Assembly: GCA_964469455.1 (NCBI GenBank)
Contig: CAYXZX010000002.1
Coordinates: forward strand, 4,377-68,376
Direction of reading: 5' to 3'
Length of the DNA: 64,000 nt
Source of the DNA: an uncultured Rhodocyclaceae bacterium
Lineage (GTDB): Bacteria; Pseudomonadota; Gammaproteobacteria; Burkholderiales; Rhodocyclaceae
Numbering within the stretch: position 1 is the stretch's first letter; each line of letters opens with the position of its first letter. The position numbers were made by a program, and so were the translations under genes. The notes under the pieces were generated by a model, which worked only from the letters and a program-made list of their open reading frames with translations, searched no databases and was not told the origin of the DNA. Shown here piece after piece: positions 10,229 through 19,686 of the stretch.

Positions 10229-10876
10229 TCAGTGCCGGCCACCGAGTTTCTTGAAGAGCCCGGCAATCTTGTTCCATAGCACGCTGAGAACCACCGCCAA
10301 GATGTTGATGGAGTCTTCCTTCTGGGGCTCCGGACGCGGCTTGGTTTGCGGCGAAGGCGAGGGTGCGGTACCCGGCTCGCTCGATTGGGTAGCTGCTGCC
10401 TCAACCGTGGCGCCTTGATCTGGAACTTCGAGCAGCGACCTGACGTTGGCGACGTACTTCTTGATAATTTGCGCCGAAACGCCCTCGATCATGCCTCGCC
10501 CCACCTGGACGATCTTTCCGGTGAGATCGACACTCGAACTACAACGAACCTCGGTGCCTGAACCATCCGGCAATGACAATAGTGTCGTATCGATGACGCC
10601 GCTGACCGTGCCACCGCCGCGTTCATTCCCCTCGGCGAGCATCTTGATCCGGTAGGACTCCTTATCAGCTTCAAGATAGGTGATGGTGCCCTGATACTGA
10701 GCGCTAACGGCGCCGATCTTCACCTTGACAGCCCCAACGAAGCTTTTCTCGTCTATGACCTCCTTCAATGAAGCACCGGGCATGCATGCGACAACATTCT
10801 CCGGGTTGTTCATGAAGTTCCAGACTGCTTCTACGGGTGCTGCAACAAAGAAGGTTTCCCTGATTTCGATGGCCAT
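10229..10876 (-). CDS. CoxG-like SRPBCC protein with Pro/Ser-rich linker and hydrophobic C-terminal tail
   Basis: MAIEIRETFFVAAPVEAVWNFMNNPENVVACMPGA and GKIVQVGRGMIEGVSAQIIKKY are typical of the carbon monoxide dehydrogenase subunit G family. The tail reads EPGTAPSPSPQTKPRPEPQ...INILAVVLSVLWNKIAGLF. Confidence 0.8.
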   Translation of the reverse strand: MAIEIRETFFVAAPVEAVWNFMNNPENVVACMPGASLKEVIDEKSFVGAVKVKIGAVSAQYQGTITYLEADKESYRIKMLAEGNERGGGTVSGVIDTTLLSLPDGSGTEVRCSSSVDLTGKIVQVGRGMIEGVSAQIIKKYVANVRSLLEVPDQGATVEAAATQSSEPGTAPSPSPQTKPRPEPQKEDSINILAVVLSVLWNKIAGLFKKLGGRH

Positions 10877-10906
10877 GTTTTATTCCGATTCTCGAGAGGT
10901 GCCAGC

Positions 10907-12100
10907 CTAGCCGCGCGACGGGCGCAATTCCCTGGGCATGCCGAGCGCTCGTTCGGCGATGATGTTCAACTGGATTTCATTGGTGCCTGCATAGATGGTA
11001 TCGGCACGAGAAAATAGAAAAAGTTGTTGCAGGCGCGTCCGAACCGGATCCTCGACGACAATGTCACCGTCAGCCTGCAATATGTCCATGGCGAGTTTGC
11101 CGAGATCGCGATGCCAGTTCGACCAGTAGTACTTGTAGATCATCGCCGGGCGCTGCAGTGAGCCATCCTGTGGGCCGGAGAGCATCCGCATGGCGTTGTA
11201 GCGCATCACCTTTAGACCCATCCAGGCATGGGCGAGACGGGCGCGGAGATGCGGATCCCGATTGGCGCCATTTTCCTTCGCAACCTGGCAGACGAGATCA
11301 AATTCACGATAAAAGTGCATTTGCTGACCGAGCGTGGAGACTCCGCGTTCGAATCCCAGCAGGGCCATGGCGATGGTCCAACCTTCGCCCGGTTGACCGA
11401 TGACATTGGCTGCGGCGGTTCGTGCGCCATCAAAAAACACCTCGTTGAATTCGGCCGTTCCGGTGAGTTGCCTGATTGGCCGGATCTCGACACCTGGCTG
11501 GTTGAGCGGTACCAGCAAGAAGACCAGGCCGCGATTCCCGACGGAATTGGGTTCGCATCGAGCCAGCACAAAGATCCATTCGGATTCGTGAGCAAGGGAA
11601 GTCCAGACCTTCTGGCCATTGATGATCCACTCGCCGGAGTCCGGGGCCTGATACGCCTTGGTCTGGACATTGGCCAAGTCGGATCCCGCATTGGGCTCCG
11701 AGTATCCCTGGCACCAGAATTCCGTCCCCTTGACTATTCCGGGAAGGAAACGGGACTTCTGTGCTTCGCTGCCAAGGGCAATGATGGTTGGTCCGATCAG
11801 TCCTTCGCCAATATGGCCCATCCTCCCGGGGCCGCCGGCCCTGGCGTACTCCTCGTGGAAGATGATTTGCTGTGCCAGCGAAAGGCCACGACCACCGTGT
11901 TCGGCCGGCCAGCCGACACATGTCCATCCCCCGGCTGCCAGCTCCTTCTCCCACGCTTTGCGTTCCACGGGGTAGGCATCCTCATCGCCTGGCCCGCCAC
12001 GGTGGCGGAGGCAAGCGAAGTTCCCTCGCAGATGCTCAGCCATCCAGCAAGCAACTTCGTTACGGAACGACTCGTCTTCGGCCGAAAAATCAAGTTGCAT
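10907..12100 (-). CDS. acyl-CoA dehydrogenase family protein (class with C-terminal AGTNEIQ motif)
   Basis: ACAD N/M/C domain pattern (WCQGYSEPNAGSD, ...IYAGTNEIQLNIIAERALGMP). Starts 15 nt downstream of the stop of the partner ACAD gene. Confidence 0.92.
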   Translation of the reverse strand: MQLDFSAEDESFRNEVACWMAEHLRGNFACLRHRGGPGDEDAYPVERKAWEKELAAGGWTCVGWPAEHGGRGLSLAQQIIFHEEYARAGGPGRMGHIGEGLIGPTIIALGSEAQKSRFLPGIVKGTEFWCQGYSEPNAGSDLANVQTKAYQAPDSGEWIINGQKVWTSLAHESEWIFVLARCEPNSVGNRGLVFLLVPLNQPGVEIRPIRQLTGTAEFNEVFFDGARTAAANVIGQPGEGWTIAMALLGFERGVSTLGQQMHFYREFDLVCQVAKENGANRDPHLRARLAHAWMGLKVMRYNAMRMLSGPQDGSLQRPAMIYKYYWSNWHRDLGKLAMDILQADGDIVVEDPVRTRLQQLFLFSRADTIYAGTNEIQLNIIAERALGMPRELRPSRG

Positions 12101-12115
12101 CGGGCTGCCTCGTGA

Positions 12116-13252
12116 TCAGTCGAGCAAGATAACTGCCGCTCTCTCGCGGAGAGCGTCACTGCTGCCGAGCCAATGACTGCTGGCCTGGGCGCGCTTGAAA
12201 TAGAGATGCGGATCGTACTCCCACGTGAATCCAACGCCTCCATGCAGTTGAATTGCCTCCGCCGCGCAGTGAAAGAAGCAGTCAGACGCGAGGGCCTTGG
12301 CGGTAGCGGATTCGAGGAGCAAGCTCCTCGTGGTCGGGGATGCGACCACAGAGCAGGCTGCCCCCAGCACTGCCGACCTGGCGGCTTCGATTCTCACCAT
12401 TGCTTCGGCACAGCGATGCTTTATCGCTTGAAAGGAGGCGATCGACCGGCCAAACTGTTTGCGCTCGGCAATATAGGCGAGGGTCATGTCCAGGCACTGC
12501 TGGGCTCCTCCTAGCTGCTCGGCTGCCAAAGCGATGGCGGCGAATGCCGACGTTCTGGCGAGACCATGGCCAATACTGCCTTCCATTGAAACAATGGCTT
12601 CGTCCCCAATCTGTACCCCGTCCAACCGGACTTCGGCTAGGCGCCGGGTTGCGTCAATCGTGACGTGAGGATGCTTATGGACGCCAGCAGAGTTTGCGGG
12701 CACGGCGAACAACAGGATGTCGTCTTTGCCAGCGACACGCCCCGTCACGAGCAGCAGTTGTGCACTTGTGCCATCCGGGACATGGCGAAAGCAGCCATCC
12801 AGGCAATAGCCGCCCACCGTGGGCTTTGCGATTGTGGTAACGGCGTTGGCATTCCAATCCAGGCCGTGCTCACCGAAAGCAAGTGTTGCCGTGAGCGCGC
12901 CCGAGGCTATTGCCGGCAAGTGACGCTGTTTGGCCTCAGGCGTACCGACCTCCAGAAGGGCGGTTGCCGCCAAGCATGCGGTGGCGAAGTAAGGAGAGCA
13001 GAAGAGCCTCTTCCCCATTTGTTCCATCAGAATGGCCTGTTCGATGATCGTCAGGCCCAGCCCGCCGAACTCTTCCGGAATTGCCGTGGCGCACCAACCC
13101 AGTTCTTCGCCTACTTGGCTCCAGGTATGTGCATCGAAGCCCTCGGCCGTCTGCATCGCCTGACGGACCGCTGCCGAGGGGCTGGCATCGGCAAGGAAGG
13201 CTTCCGCCGTTGCGCGGATCATCTCCTGATCTTGAGTAAGGGCAAAATCCAT
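12116..13252 (-). CDS. acyl-CoA dehydrogenase family protein (class with HGGVGFTWEYD motif and no EIQ motif); the ORF could extend to a TTG at 13285
   Basis: MDFALTQDQEMI is a typical ACAD N-terminus. LHGGVGFTWEYDPHLYFKRAQ lies near the C-terminus. Confidence 0.88.
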   Translation of the reverse strand: MDFALTQDQEMIRATAEAFLADASPSAAVRQAMQTAEGFDAHTWSQVGEELGWCATAIPEEFGGLGLTIIEQAILMEQMGKRLFCSPYFATACLAATALLEVGTPEAKQRHLPAIASGALTATLAFGEHGLDWNANAVTTIAKPTVGGYCLDGCFRHVPDGTSAQLLLVTGRVAGKDDILLFAVPANSAGVHKHPHVTIDATRRLAEVRLDGVQIGDEAIVSMEGSIGHGLARTSAFAAIALAAEQLGGAQQCLDMTLAYIAERKQFGRSIASFQAIKHRCAEAMVRIEAARSAVLGAACSVVASPTTRSLLLESATAKALASDCFFHCAAEAIQLHGGVGFTWEYDPHLYFKRAQASSHWLGSSDALRERAAVILLD

Positions 13253-13370
13253 TCGTCTATGAAGAACCCGAACAAGTCCAAACAAGCGGTCGAGACGCTC
13301 AGCGAGCCAAGATGGTGGCCACGTCTCGACAAGTCACGAAGGGATTGTTTCCGCACGGTGGTGGCTGGAC

Positions 13371-13393
13371 ATCGTCCGATTGGACGTCGACCA
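13371..13393 (+). promoter_or_regulatory. candidate operator, copy A of a shared motif (ATCGTCCGATTGGACGTCGACCA; core TCGTC-N6-GACGT)
   Basis: Lies in the divergent intergenic region between the ACAD gene (-) and the amidohydrolase gene (+). Matches the copy at 55022-55044 at 16 of 23 positions, with the same N6 spacing. Confidence 0.4.
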
Positions 13394-13555
13394 ACTGAAA
13401 ACCCGACCGGAGAATCCTTCCAGAATGCCGACAGTCCAGTGGGGCGACTTGGCAGTTTCCCGTCGATCCCGAATCCGTCGCCGGTGCACTTTCGGCGTGA
13501 TTATTGTGGAGAGATGGAATAGGGCATCAACGATAACACTAGAGGAGTTGAGGCG

Positions 13556-14542
13556 ATGAGCAAGAAGAGCAAGAGAGACTACTTTGTTGCGTTGACGGAA
13601 TTTCACTTCATGAACTTGCAGACCATGAGTGAGATTACCTATTACCCCGGCATGCATCACTTCCATGATAGCGTCAATGGCGTCTTGCGAGCCTGGGCGG
13701 GCCGCGACCTTGACAGCGAGTGGCCCCAACCTATCGCCAGCGAACTCATCAAGTACATGGACCAGTCTGGCACGGATGTCGCGTTCTGTCTGCGGGAGCC
13801 AATGCTGGACATCACTGGTGGCACCGTCTCAATGTCCACCAATGGTTTCATGCTGCAACAGATTGCGCCTTACCCCGGGCGGATGTACCTCGAGGCCAAT
13901 GTAGGCCCGGTGATCCGGCGTGGCATCAAGCACGCGAACTGGGAACTCGAGTACCTGGTCAAGGAGCAGGGTGCCAAGCTCTGCAAGGTATATTCGCCTG
14001 AGGACGACGGTCCGCTCAACGACCGCCGCATGTGGCCTTTCTACGAGAAGGCATGCGACTTGGGCGTACCTCTCACCGTGCACACGGGCATGAGCTACGT
14101 TTGCCCGCAGCCGAGCGCGCACTGCGAAGTGAAGCAACTGGATGACATCATGCTCGACTTTCCGGAGCTGAAGATCATCGCCTATCACGCGGGTTGGCCG
14201 CAGTCGGAAGAGCTGATCGGGCTGTGCGGCAAGCACAAGAATCTTTACATGAGCCTCTCCGGGATCATCGGCTGGTACCAGCGGGCGCCATATCGCGGCT
14301 ATCACGCGATCGGCACCGCCTTGCAGTGGATGCCGGCCGACAAGATCGTGCTTGGATTCGATCTGCCATTCGATGACTTGAACCGCATCCTCGATTACAT
14401 CCGTGATCTCGACATGCCTGAGGAACTGCAGGAAAAGTGGGGTTATCCGCAAGTCACGGAAGACGACAAGGCAAAGATCCTTGGCCTCAACCTCGCAAGG
14501 TTGACAGGAATCGAGCCCACCAAGCGGGTCAAGCGCGGTTGA
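13556..14542 (+). CDS. amidohydrolase-2 (metal-dependent hydrolase/decarboxylase, PF04909-like) family protein
   Basis: 328 aa. Motifs PFYEKACDLGVPLTVHTG and IAYHAGWP are typical of the amidohydrolase_2 TIM barrel. GAGGAG RBS upstream of the ATG. Confidence 0.75.
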   Translation: MSKKSKRDYFVALTEFHFMNLQTMSEITYYPGMHHFHDSVNGVLRAWAGRDLDSEWPQPIASELIKYMDQSGTDVAFCLREPMLDITGGTVSMSTNGFMLQQIAPYPGRMYLEANVGPVIRRGIKHANWELEYLVKEQGAKLCKVYSPEDDGPLNDRRMWPFYEKACDLGVPLTVHTGMSYVCPQPSAHCEVKQLDDIMLDFPELKIIAYHAGWPQSEELIGLCGKHKNLYMSLSGIIGWYQRAPYRGYHAIGTALQWMPADKIVLGFDLPFDDLNRILDYIRDLDMPEELQEKWGYPQVTEDDKAKILGLNLARLTGIEPTKRVKRG

Positions 14543-14567
14543 TGTGCTTGGCTTGCCGGGAGAGTTC

Positions 14568-15329
14568 ATGACCATGAAGCGATTATCTGGCAAGGTGGCA
14601 CTCGTGACGGGTGCCGGTCAGGGCGTTGGGCAGGGCATCGCCACGGCACTAGCTGTGGAGGGTGCCCGGGTTGCAGTGGCGGGTCGAACGCTGGCGAAGC
14701 TTGACTCGACCTGCCGGGACATCAATGCCCGTGGTGGTTACGCGGTTCCGGTGGAATGCGATGTCAAGCGTCTCGATTCGCTCGAAAGCTGTGTCGAGAC
14801 CGTGGTCGAGCGTTTGGGTGGACTGAATATCCTGGTCAACAACGCACAGGAAGTTCCGACTGGCAGGCTTGATCAGGTTTCAGAGGACCGGCTGGAAGCC
14901 GGTTGGCAATCGGGACCACTCGCGACCTTCCGGCTGATGAAACTCTGCTATCCGTACCTGAAGGGGGATGGCAGCATCATCAATATGGCTAGTGCCGCAG
15001 GCAAGCGCTGGGACGCCACCGGGTACGGCTGTTACGGCGCCGTCAAGGAGGCTATTCGTCAGCTGACGCGTGCGGCAGCGTGCGAATGGGGCAAGGACAA
15101 TATTCGCACCAATGTTCTCTTGCCCCTAGCCGAATCAGCCGGGCTCAAAGGATGGACAGCGGCTCGTCCAGAGGAGGCGGCCGCGTACTTTTCGACGATC
15201 CCCATGAGGCGTGTAGGCGACTGCGAACTGGATATAGGCCGGTTCGTGGTTGCGCTCTGCTCCGAAGAATGTCGATATGTCAATGGACAGAGCATCGGAC
15301 TCGATGGTGGGCAAGCGTATTTAGGGTAA
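14568..15329 (+). CDS. SDR family oxidoreductase (the ORF could extend to a GTG at 14544)
   Basis: GKVALVTGAGQGVGQGIA, NNAQ and YGAVKEA motifs. Confidence 0.88.
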   Translation: MTMKRLSGKVALVTGAGQGVGQGIATALAVEGARVAVAGRTLAKLDSTCRDINARGGYAVPVECDVKRLDSLESCVETVVERLGGLNILVNNAQEVPTGRLDQVSEDRLEAGWQSGPLATFRLMKLCYPYLKGDGSIINMASAAGKRWDATGYGCYGAVKEAIRQLTRAAACEWGKDNIRTNVLLPLAESAGLKGWTAARPEEAAAYFSTIPMRRVGDCELDIGRFVVALCSEECRYVNGQSIGLDGGQAYLG

Positions 15330-15517
15330 CCCGCACCGGGCCGAATCGTGTTTGGCCCGAAATGAAACTTAATGGATCCTTGCGGGTGTTGAGAGTGCAG
15401 CTTGGAAAATAGTAGGCTTGATCACGTTTGGCGGCATCGCTCGCATCCATGGCTGATCGGGGCTGAAACGTTCGCCGACACGTAGGACATCTAGCTAGGA
15501 ACGCTACAAGACAAGTT

Positions 15518-16750
15518 ATGGGCAACAGTAGACCACCGCTAGCCGGCTTGCGCATCATCGAGAGTTCCATTCTGGGACCTGCAGCCATCACAACCGCGCT
15601 TGCGGACCTCGGGGCCGAGGTCATCAAGGTTGAGACTCCTTCGGGCGACTACATCCGGGAAATGACTTGGCCGATCATCGAAGGCGTGTCGCTCATGCAC
15701 TATCACCTCAATCGGGGCAAGCGCGGCATTACCCTTGACCTAAAATTGGAGGCCGCGCGCGAGGTCTATCGTGATCTCGTCAAGGATGCCGAAGTAGTGA
15801 TTGAGGCATCAAAGCCTGGCGCCTTGGCCAAGTTTGGTCTGGGATATGGCGACCTGCGAAAGATCAACCCACGAATAGTCTTTTGCACTGTATCCGGTTA
15901 CGGCATGACAGGGCCATACAAGGACATGCCTTCTCATGGGATCGCCTACGATACTTGGGCAGGAGTCGTAATACCGGCCTATGATGATGAAGGCTTCTGC
16001 TATATACCCGAACATGTGGGTATCGGCATCAACGCCGCTCCCCTCTTCGGTGGTCTGGCTGTGCTGGCAGCGGTAATGCGGGCACGACAGACGGGTGAAG
16101 GGGCTTTCCTCGATCTTGCCCAGAGCGACGCCGCCGCGGCATTCGACTGGTACCGCAGCGAGAGCTATATGGCCTATGCTCGGCCGGAGAGCGTGGTCAC
16201 CGGCAATAAGTCGGATGGCTACAAGCGTCGCCCCGTCGCCACCGCCGGGATGCGCGAGGGCGTGCGTTATCAGCTCTACGAGTCAGCGGACGGTCATGTG
16301 CTTTTCATGGCGTCGGAGCAGGCTTTCTGGAAGAACTTCTGCGCGGGTATCGACCGCATGGATCTCTTTGAACGGTGGCCGGGATCGAAGTATGCCGATC
16401 ACGCACGTGGCAACCGCGAACTGCAGGCAATTTTGCGCGACATCTTCAAGACCAGGACTTCCGGCCAGTGGATCGAGTTCAGCAAGGAAGCCAACACTCC
16501 GATTGCTCCGGTGAATACGCCGAAGAATCTGGTTGACGACCCGCAGTTTCAGGCGCGATTCAAAATCACGTCGCACGAGTCTCACGGCGCCGATATGTTG
16601 GGTTTCCCTGTCAGGTTCGTTGCCGAGGAGTTGCCAACGACAAGCCGGGCGCCAACAGTTGGGGAGCACAACGAAGAGGTGTTGAGGGAGGTTCTTGGCT
16701 ATGGCCCAGACAGAATCGCATCTCTCCAGAGGGAAGGCGCCTTGGGTTGA
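15518..16750 (+). CDS. family III CoA-transferase (CaiB/BaiF family)
   Basis: LRIIESSILGPAAITTALADLGAEVIKVETPSGD N-terminal signature. The length (410 aa) is typical. Confidence 0.9.
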   Translation: MGNSRPPLAGLRIIESSILGPAAITTALADLGAEVIKVETPSGDYIREMTWPIIEGVSLMHYHLNRGKRGITLDLKLEAAREVYRDLVKDAEVVIEASKPGALAKFGLGYGDLRKINPRIVFCTVSGYGMTGPYKDMPSHGIAYDTWAGVVIPAYDDEGFCYIPEHVGIGINAAPLFGGLAVLAAVMRARQTGEGAFLDLAQSDAAAAFDWYRSESYMAYARPESVVTGNKSDGYKRRPVATAGMREGVRYQLYESADGHVLFMASEQAFWKNFCAGIDRMDLFERWPGSKYADHARGNRELQAILRDIFKTRTSGQWIEFSKEANTPIAPVNTPKNLVDDPQFQARFKITSHESHGADMLGFPVRFVAEELPTTSRAPTVGEHNEEVLREVLGYGPDRIASLQREGALG

Positions 16751-16792
16751 GGGCGTACCGAATCAGACTTAACGACAGGATGGAGCAAGTCA

Positions 16793-17974
16793 ATGGACTT
16801 TGAGTTCTCGGAAGAGGAAAACAGGTTTTTGCGCGAGGTCGATCAGTTCCTCAAGGATAACTACGACCCGAAGGTAATGGATGTCACGCGCGAGAACATG
16901 GCGCAGGTTTGTGACACGCCAGAGCGTCGGGCATTCATGAAGAAGCTGGCTGCACGCGGATGGCTGGGGATCACATGGCCCAAGGCGTGCGGCGGGCAAG
17001 ATGGCGAAGGCTTCTATGAGTACCTGCTTAACGAAAAATTGTCATCAGTGGGGGCTCCGCAAATCGGCAAGGGTGTCGGGATCATCGGCAAGACCTTGAT
17101 CAGGGTAGGTTCGGAAAAACTGAAGAAGGAATTCCTGCCTAAGATTCTTGACGCCAATATCGAGTTCGCGGTGGGCTATTCGGAGCCCAGCGCCGGGTCC
17201 GACTCGGCAGCAATGCGCCTGAAGGCAGAGCGCAAGGGCGATGGCTGGGTACTCAACGGCCAGAAGGTCTTCACAACTTCCGCCCACTTCGCGGACTGGT
17301 ACTGGGTGGGAGCCCGCACCGATCCGGACGCGCCCAAACATCATGGTATTTCCTTGTTCCTTATCCCCATGAACGACCCCGGGCTGACCATCCACCCCAT
17401 GTATACCATGGGTAACGAGCGCACCAACGCCGTATTTTTCGACAATGTGTTCGTCCATGACGACTACAGGGTCGGCGAACTGAACAAGGGCTTCCAGTAC
17501 ATCGCGGAAGCGCTGGACATTGAGCGCTTCACCATGTTTACGCTCTCGCCGATTCGTGGTCGGCTTGAACTGCTCTGCGACTATGTCAAGAACACGACGC
17601 GTGATGGCAAGCGCATGCGCGATGATCCCGTCATTCGCCAGCGGATTGCTCAATTGGCTACGGAATGCGAAGTGGCTCGTGTTCTCGGCGTGAAGTTCGT
17701 TGATGCGGCGCTGAACAGCTCAAAGACCCCGACGGCCGAAGCCTCCGAGTACAAGCTGTATGCCACGGAGTTGTCGCGCCGGATTGCCGATGCCACCATG
17801 GATATCGTTGGCCCGGGTGCGCAGCTGGCGCTTGGCACCGCCGATGGTCCGCTCAAGGGGCGGCCGGAGTCTTGCTACACTTACACTGTGATCGACACGA
17901 TCGGTGGCGGGTCCTCCGAGGTACAAAAAAACATCATAGCCACCAGAAAGCTCGGCTTGCCGAGGAACTTTTAG
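16793..17974 (+). CDS. acyl-CoA dehydrogenase family protein (class with GGGSSEVQ motif)
   Basis: MDFEFSEEENRFL, GYSEPSAGSD and IGGGSSEVQKNIIATRKLGLP. GGAG RBS upstream. Confidence 0.92.
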   Translation: MDFEFSEEENRFLREVDQFLKDNYDPKVMDVTRENMAQVCDTPERRAFMKKLAARGWLGITWPKACGGQDGEGFYEYLLNEKLSSVGAPQIGKGVGIIGKTLIRVGSEKLKKEFLPKILDANIEFAVGYSEPSAGSDSAAMRLKAERKGDGWVLNGQKVFTTSAHFADWYWVGARTDPDAPKHHGISLFLIPMNDPGLTIHPMYTMGNERTNAVFFDNVFVHDDYRVGELNKGFQYIAEALDIERFTMFTLSPIRGRLELLCDYVKNTTRDGKRMRDDPVIRQRIAQLATECEVARVLGVKFVDAALNSSKTPTAEASEYKLYATELSRRIADATMDIVGPGAQLALGTADGPLKGRPESCYTYTVIDTIGGGSSEVQKNIIATRKLGLPRNF

Positions 17975-17990
17975 GCCGGGACAACGCTAG

Positions 17991-19151
17991 ATGGGACTAC
18001 TCGATGGCTTCACCGTGCTCGACCTGGCGAGTGTCGGACCTGCCGCCCGTGCGTCGCGCATTCTGGCCGACTATGGGATGCGAGTGATCAAGGTTGCCCC
18101 GGTTGCGGCGAAGGGAGCGAAGCAGGTAGATCCCGTGTTCCACGCCTATGGTGCGGGACGGGGTACCGAAAGAATTCGCGTTGACCTCAAGTCCGATGCC
18201 GGCCGTGACAGCATCCAACGTCTGGCGTCGAAAGTCGACGTGGTTATCGAAAGCTATCGTCCTGGTGTCGCAGCGCGGCTTGGAGTTGGCTACGAGCAGG
18301 TGAAAGCGCGCAATCCTGGAATCGTCTATTGCTCGACGAGTGGCTATGGCCAGGACGGCCCGTATGCCCAGTGGGTCGGGCATGATATCAATTATCTGGC
18401 GGTCGGCGGCTTCCTGGCATGCAGTGGCCGAGACGAAAAGGGCCTTCCGGCCATTCCTGGTGCCACGGTGGCCGATAGCGCGGGTGGTGGCATGCATGCG
18501 GCGGTAGCGATCGTCGCGGCGCTGCTTCATCGCGCCAAGACGGGTGAAGGGGCCTATCTCGACGTATCGATTACCGACGGCGTTCTTAACCTGATGTCTC
18601 TCTATATCGATCAATATCTCGCTACTGGAGAGGAAACCAAACCGCGGTCCGGGGTTCTGACCGGGAAGTATGCTTGGTATGGCGTCTATGCTACGGCCGA
18701 TGGTAAGCACCTGGCGGTGGGTGCGATCGAGAATCATTTCTTCAGGAACCTCTGTCGATTGCTGGACCTGGAGCATTACAGCGACAGCCAGTACGATTCC
18801 GACCGTCAAGATGAAATGCGACAGGCTTTCGAGCGGCGCTTTCGATCGCGCAGCCGGGATGAGTGGATTGCGCTGTTGTCCAGCCAGGATACCTGTGTCG
18901 CGCCGGTTCTCGATGTCGCCGAGGTAAGCGTCGACCGACATCTGCGAGCACGTGGCGCCTTCATGCACGCCCGCCATCCCGAGCGGGGTGATTTCGAGCA
19001 GCTTTCACCAGTGTTGGCCGGCGGTGTGCGGGCGCAGCCACTTCACCTCGTCCGCACCAGTGGCGCTACCGATACCGATTCCGTTTTCCAGGCGGCGGGG
19101 TTCTCCGCCGATGAGATCGCGACACTGCGCGCTGGCGGCAGTGTTGAATGA
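17991..19151 (+). CDS. family III CoA-transferase fold, alpha-methylacyl-CoA racemase-like
   Basis: FTVLDLASVGPAARASRILADYGMRVIKV, YRPGV and a GHDINYLAVGG motif as in AMACR/Mcr-type racemases. Confidence 0.75.
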   Translation: MGLLDGFTVLDLASVGPAARASRILADYGMRVIKVAPVAAKGAKQVDPVFHAYGAGRGTERIRVDLKSDAGRDSIQRLASKVDVVIESYRPGVAARLGVGYEQVKARNPGIVYCSTSGYGQDGPYAQWVGHDINYLAVGGFLACSGRDEKGLPAIPGATVADSAGGGMHAAVAIVAALLHRAKTGEGAYLDVSITDGVLNLMSLYIDQYLATGEETKPRSGVLTGKYAWYGVYATADGKHLAVGAIENHFFRNLCRLLDLEHYSDSQYDSDRQDEMRQAFERRFRSRSRDEWIALLSSQDTCVAPVLDVAEVSVDRHLRARGAFMHARHPERGDFEQLSPVLAGGVRAQPLHLVRTSGATDTDSVFQAAGFSADEIATLRAGGSVE

Positions 19152-19164
19152 AGGATTGGATGCA

Positions 19165-19686
19165 ATGACCGCAGGCATTCCCCAGAGCGTGCAGGAACTG
19201 ATCGGAAAACCCCAGTACAAGGAACAGACCGAGTTTCCAATCGAGATGGGGTACGTCTACAACACCTGTGCCGCAGTGCAAAATGGCAATCCGATCTACT
19301 GGGATGCCGACGTTGCCGAGCAGATCGTCGGGGGACCAATTGCACCACCAACCATGCTGTCCGTCTGGTTTCGGCCCCATTACTGGTCGCCTGGCGCGGT
19401 CGGCGAGCGGACTGCGCTGCAGACCCACTTTGATCTCAAGCGCTTGCTGGATCTACCCGAGGCGATTGTTTCCGGCAACGAGGCAGCCTTCGGCGAACCG
19501 GTGCGCATGGGTGACAGGCTCACCACATGGCAGGTCATCCGGTCGGTCAGCGAGTTCAAGCAAACCAAACTTGGGCATGGTCGTTTCTGGACCATCGATG
19601 TTGAAACCTACAACCAGCATGGCGAGTGGGTCGGAACCGAGAGCTACACCTGCCTCGGCTATCGGCGTCAGGAGGCGTCTGCATGA
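19165..19686 (+). CDS. MaoC-like hotdog protein, N-terminal-type subunit of a heteromeric enoyl-CoA hydratase (ChsH1/ScdD-like)
   Basis: 173 aa from the ATG at 19165 (MTAGIPQSVQELIGKPQYKEQTEFPIEMGYVYN...). The longer ORF from 18952 overlaps the upstream gene. The stop overlaps the start of the next hotdog gene (ATGA). Confidence 0.75.
   Translation: MTAGIPQSVQELIGKPQYKEQTEFPIEMGYVYNTCAAVQNGNPIYWDADVAEQIVGGPIAPPTMLSVWFRPHYWSPGAVGERTALQTHFDLKRLLDLPEAIVSGNEAAFGEPVRMGDRLTTWQVIRSVSEFKQTKLGHGRFWTIDVETYNQHGEWVGTESYTCLGYRRQEASA

Noticed and set aside
12665-13522. 285-aa plus-strand ORF and the 131-aa minus-strand ORF at 13334-13729 around the ACAD/amidohydrolase intergenic region.
   Set aside because: The first is largely antisense to the ACAD gene. 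The second overlaps the amidohydrolase start. Neither has motifs or an RBS. The region is better explained as a divergent promoter that contains motif copy A.
15338-15358. Hairpin GGGCC-N11-GGCCC after the SDR gene at 14568-15329, as a terminator.
   Set aside because: It has a 5-bp stem with an 11-nt loop and no T-run. That is too weak to call.
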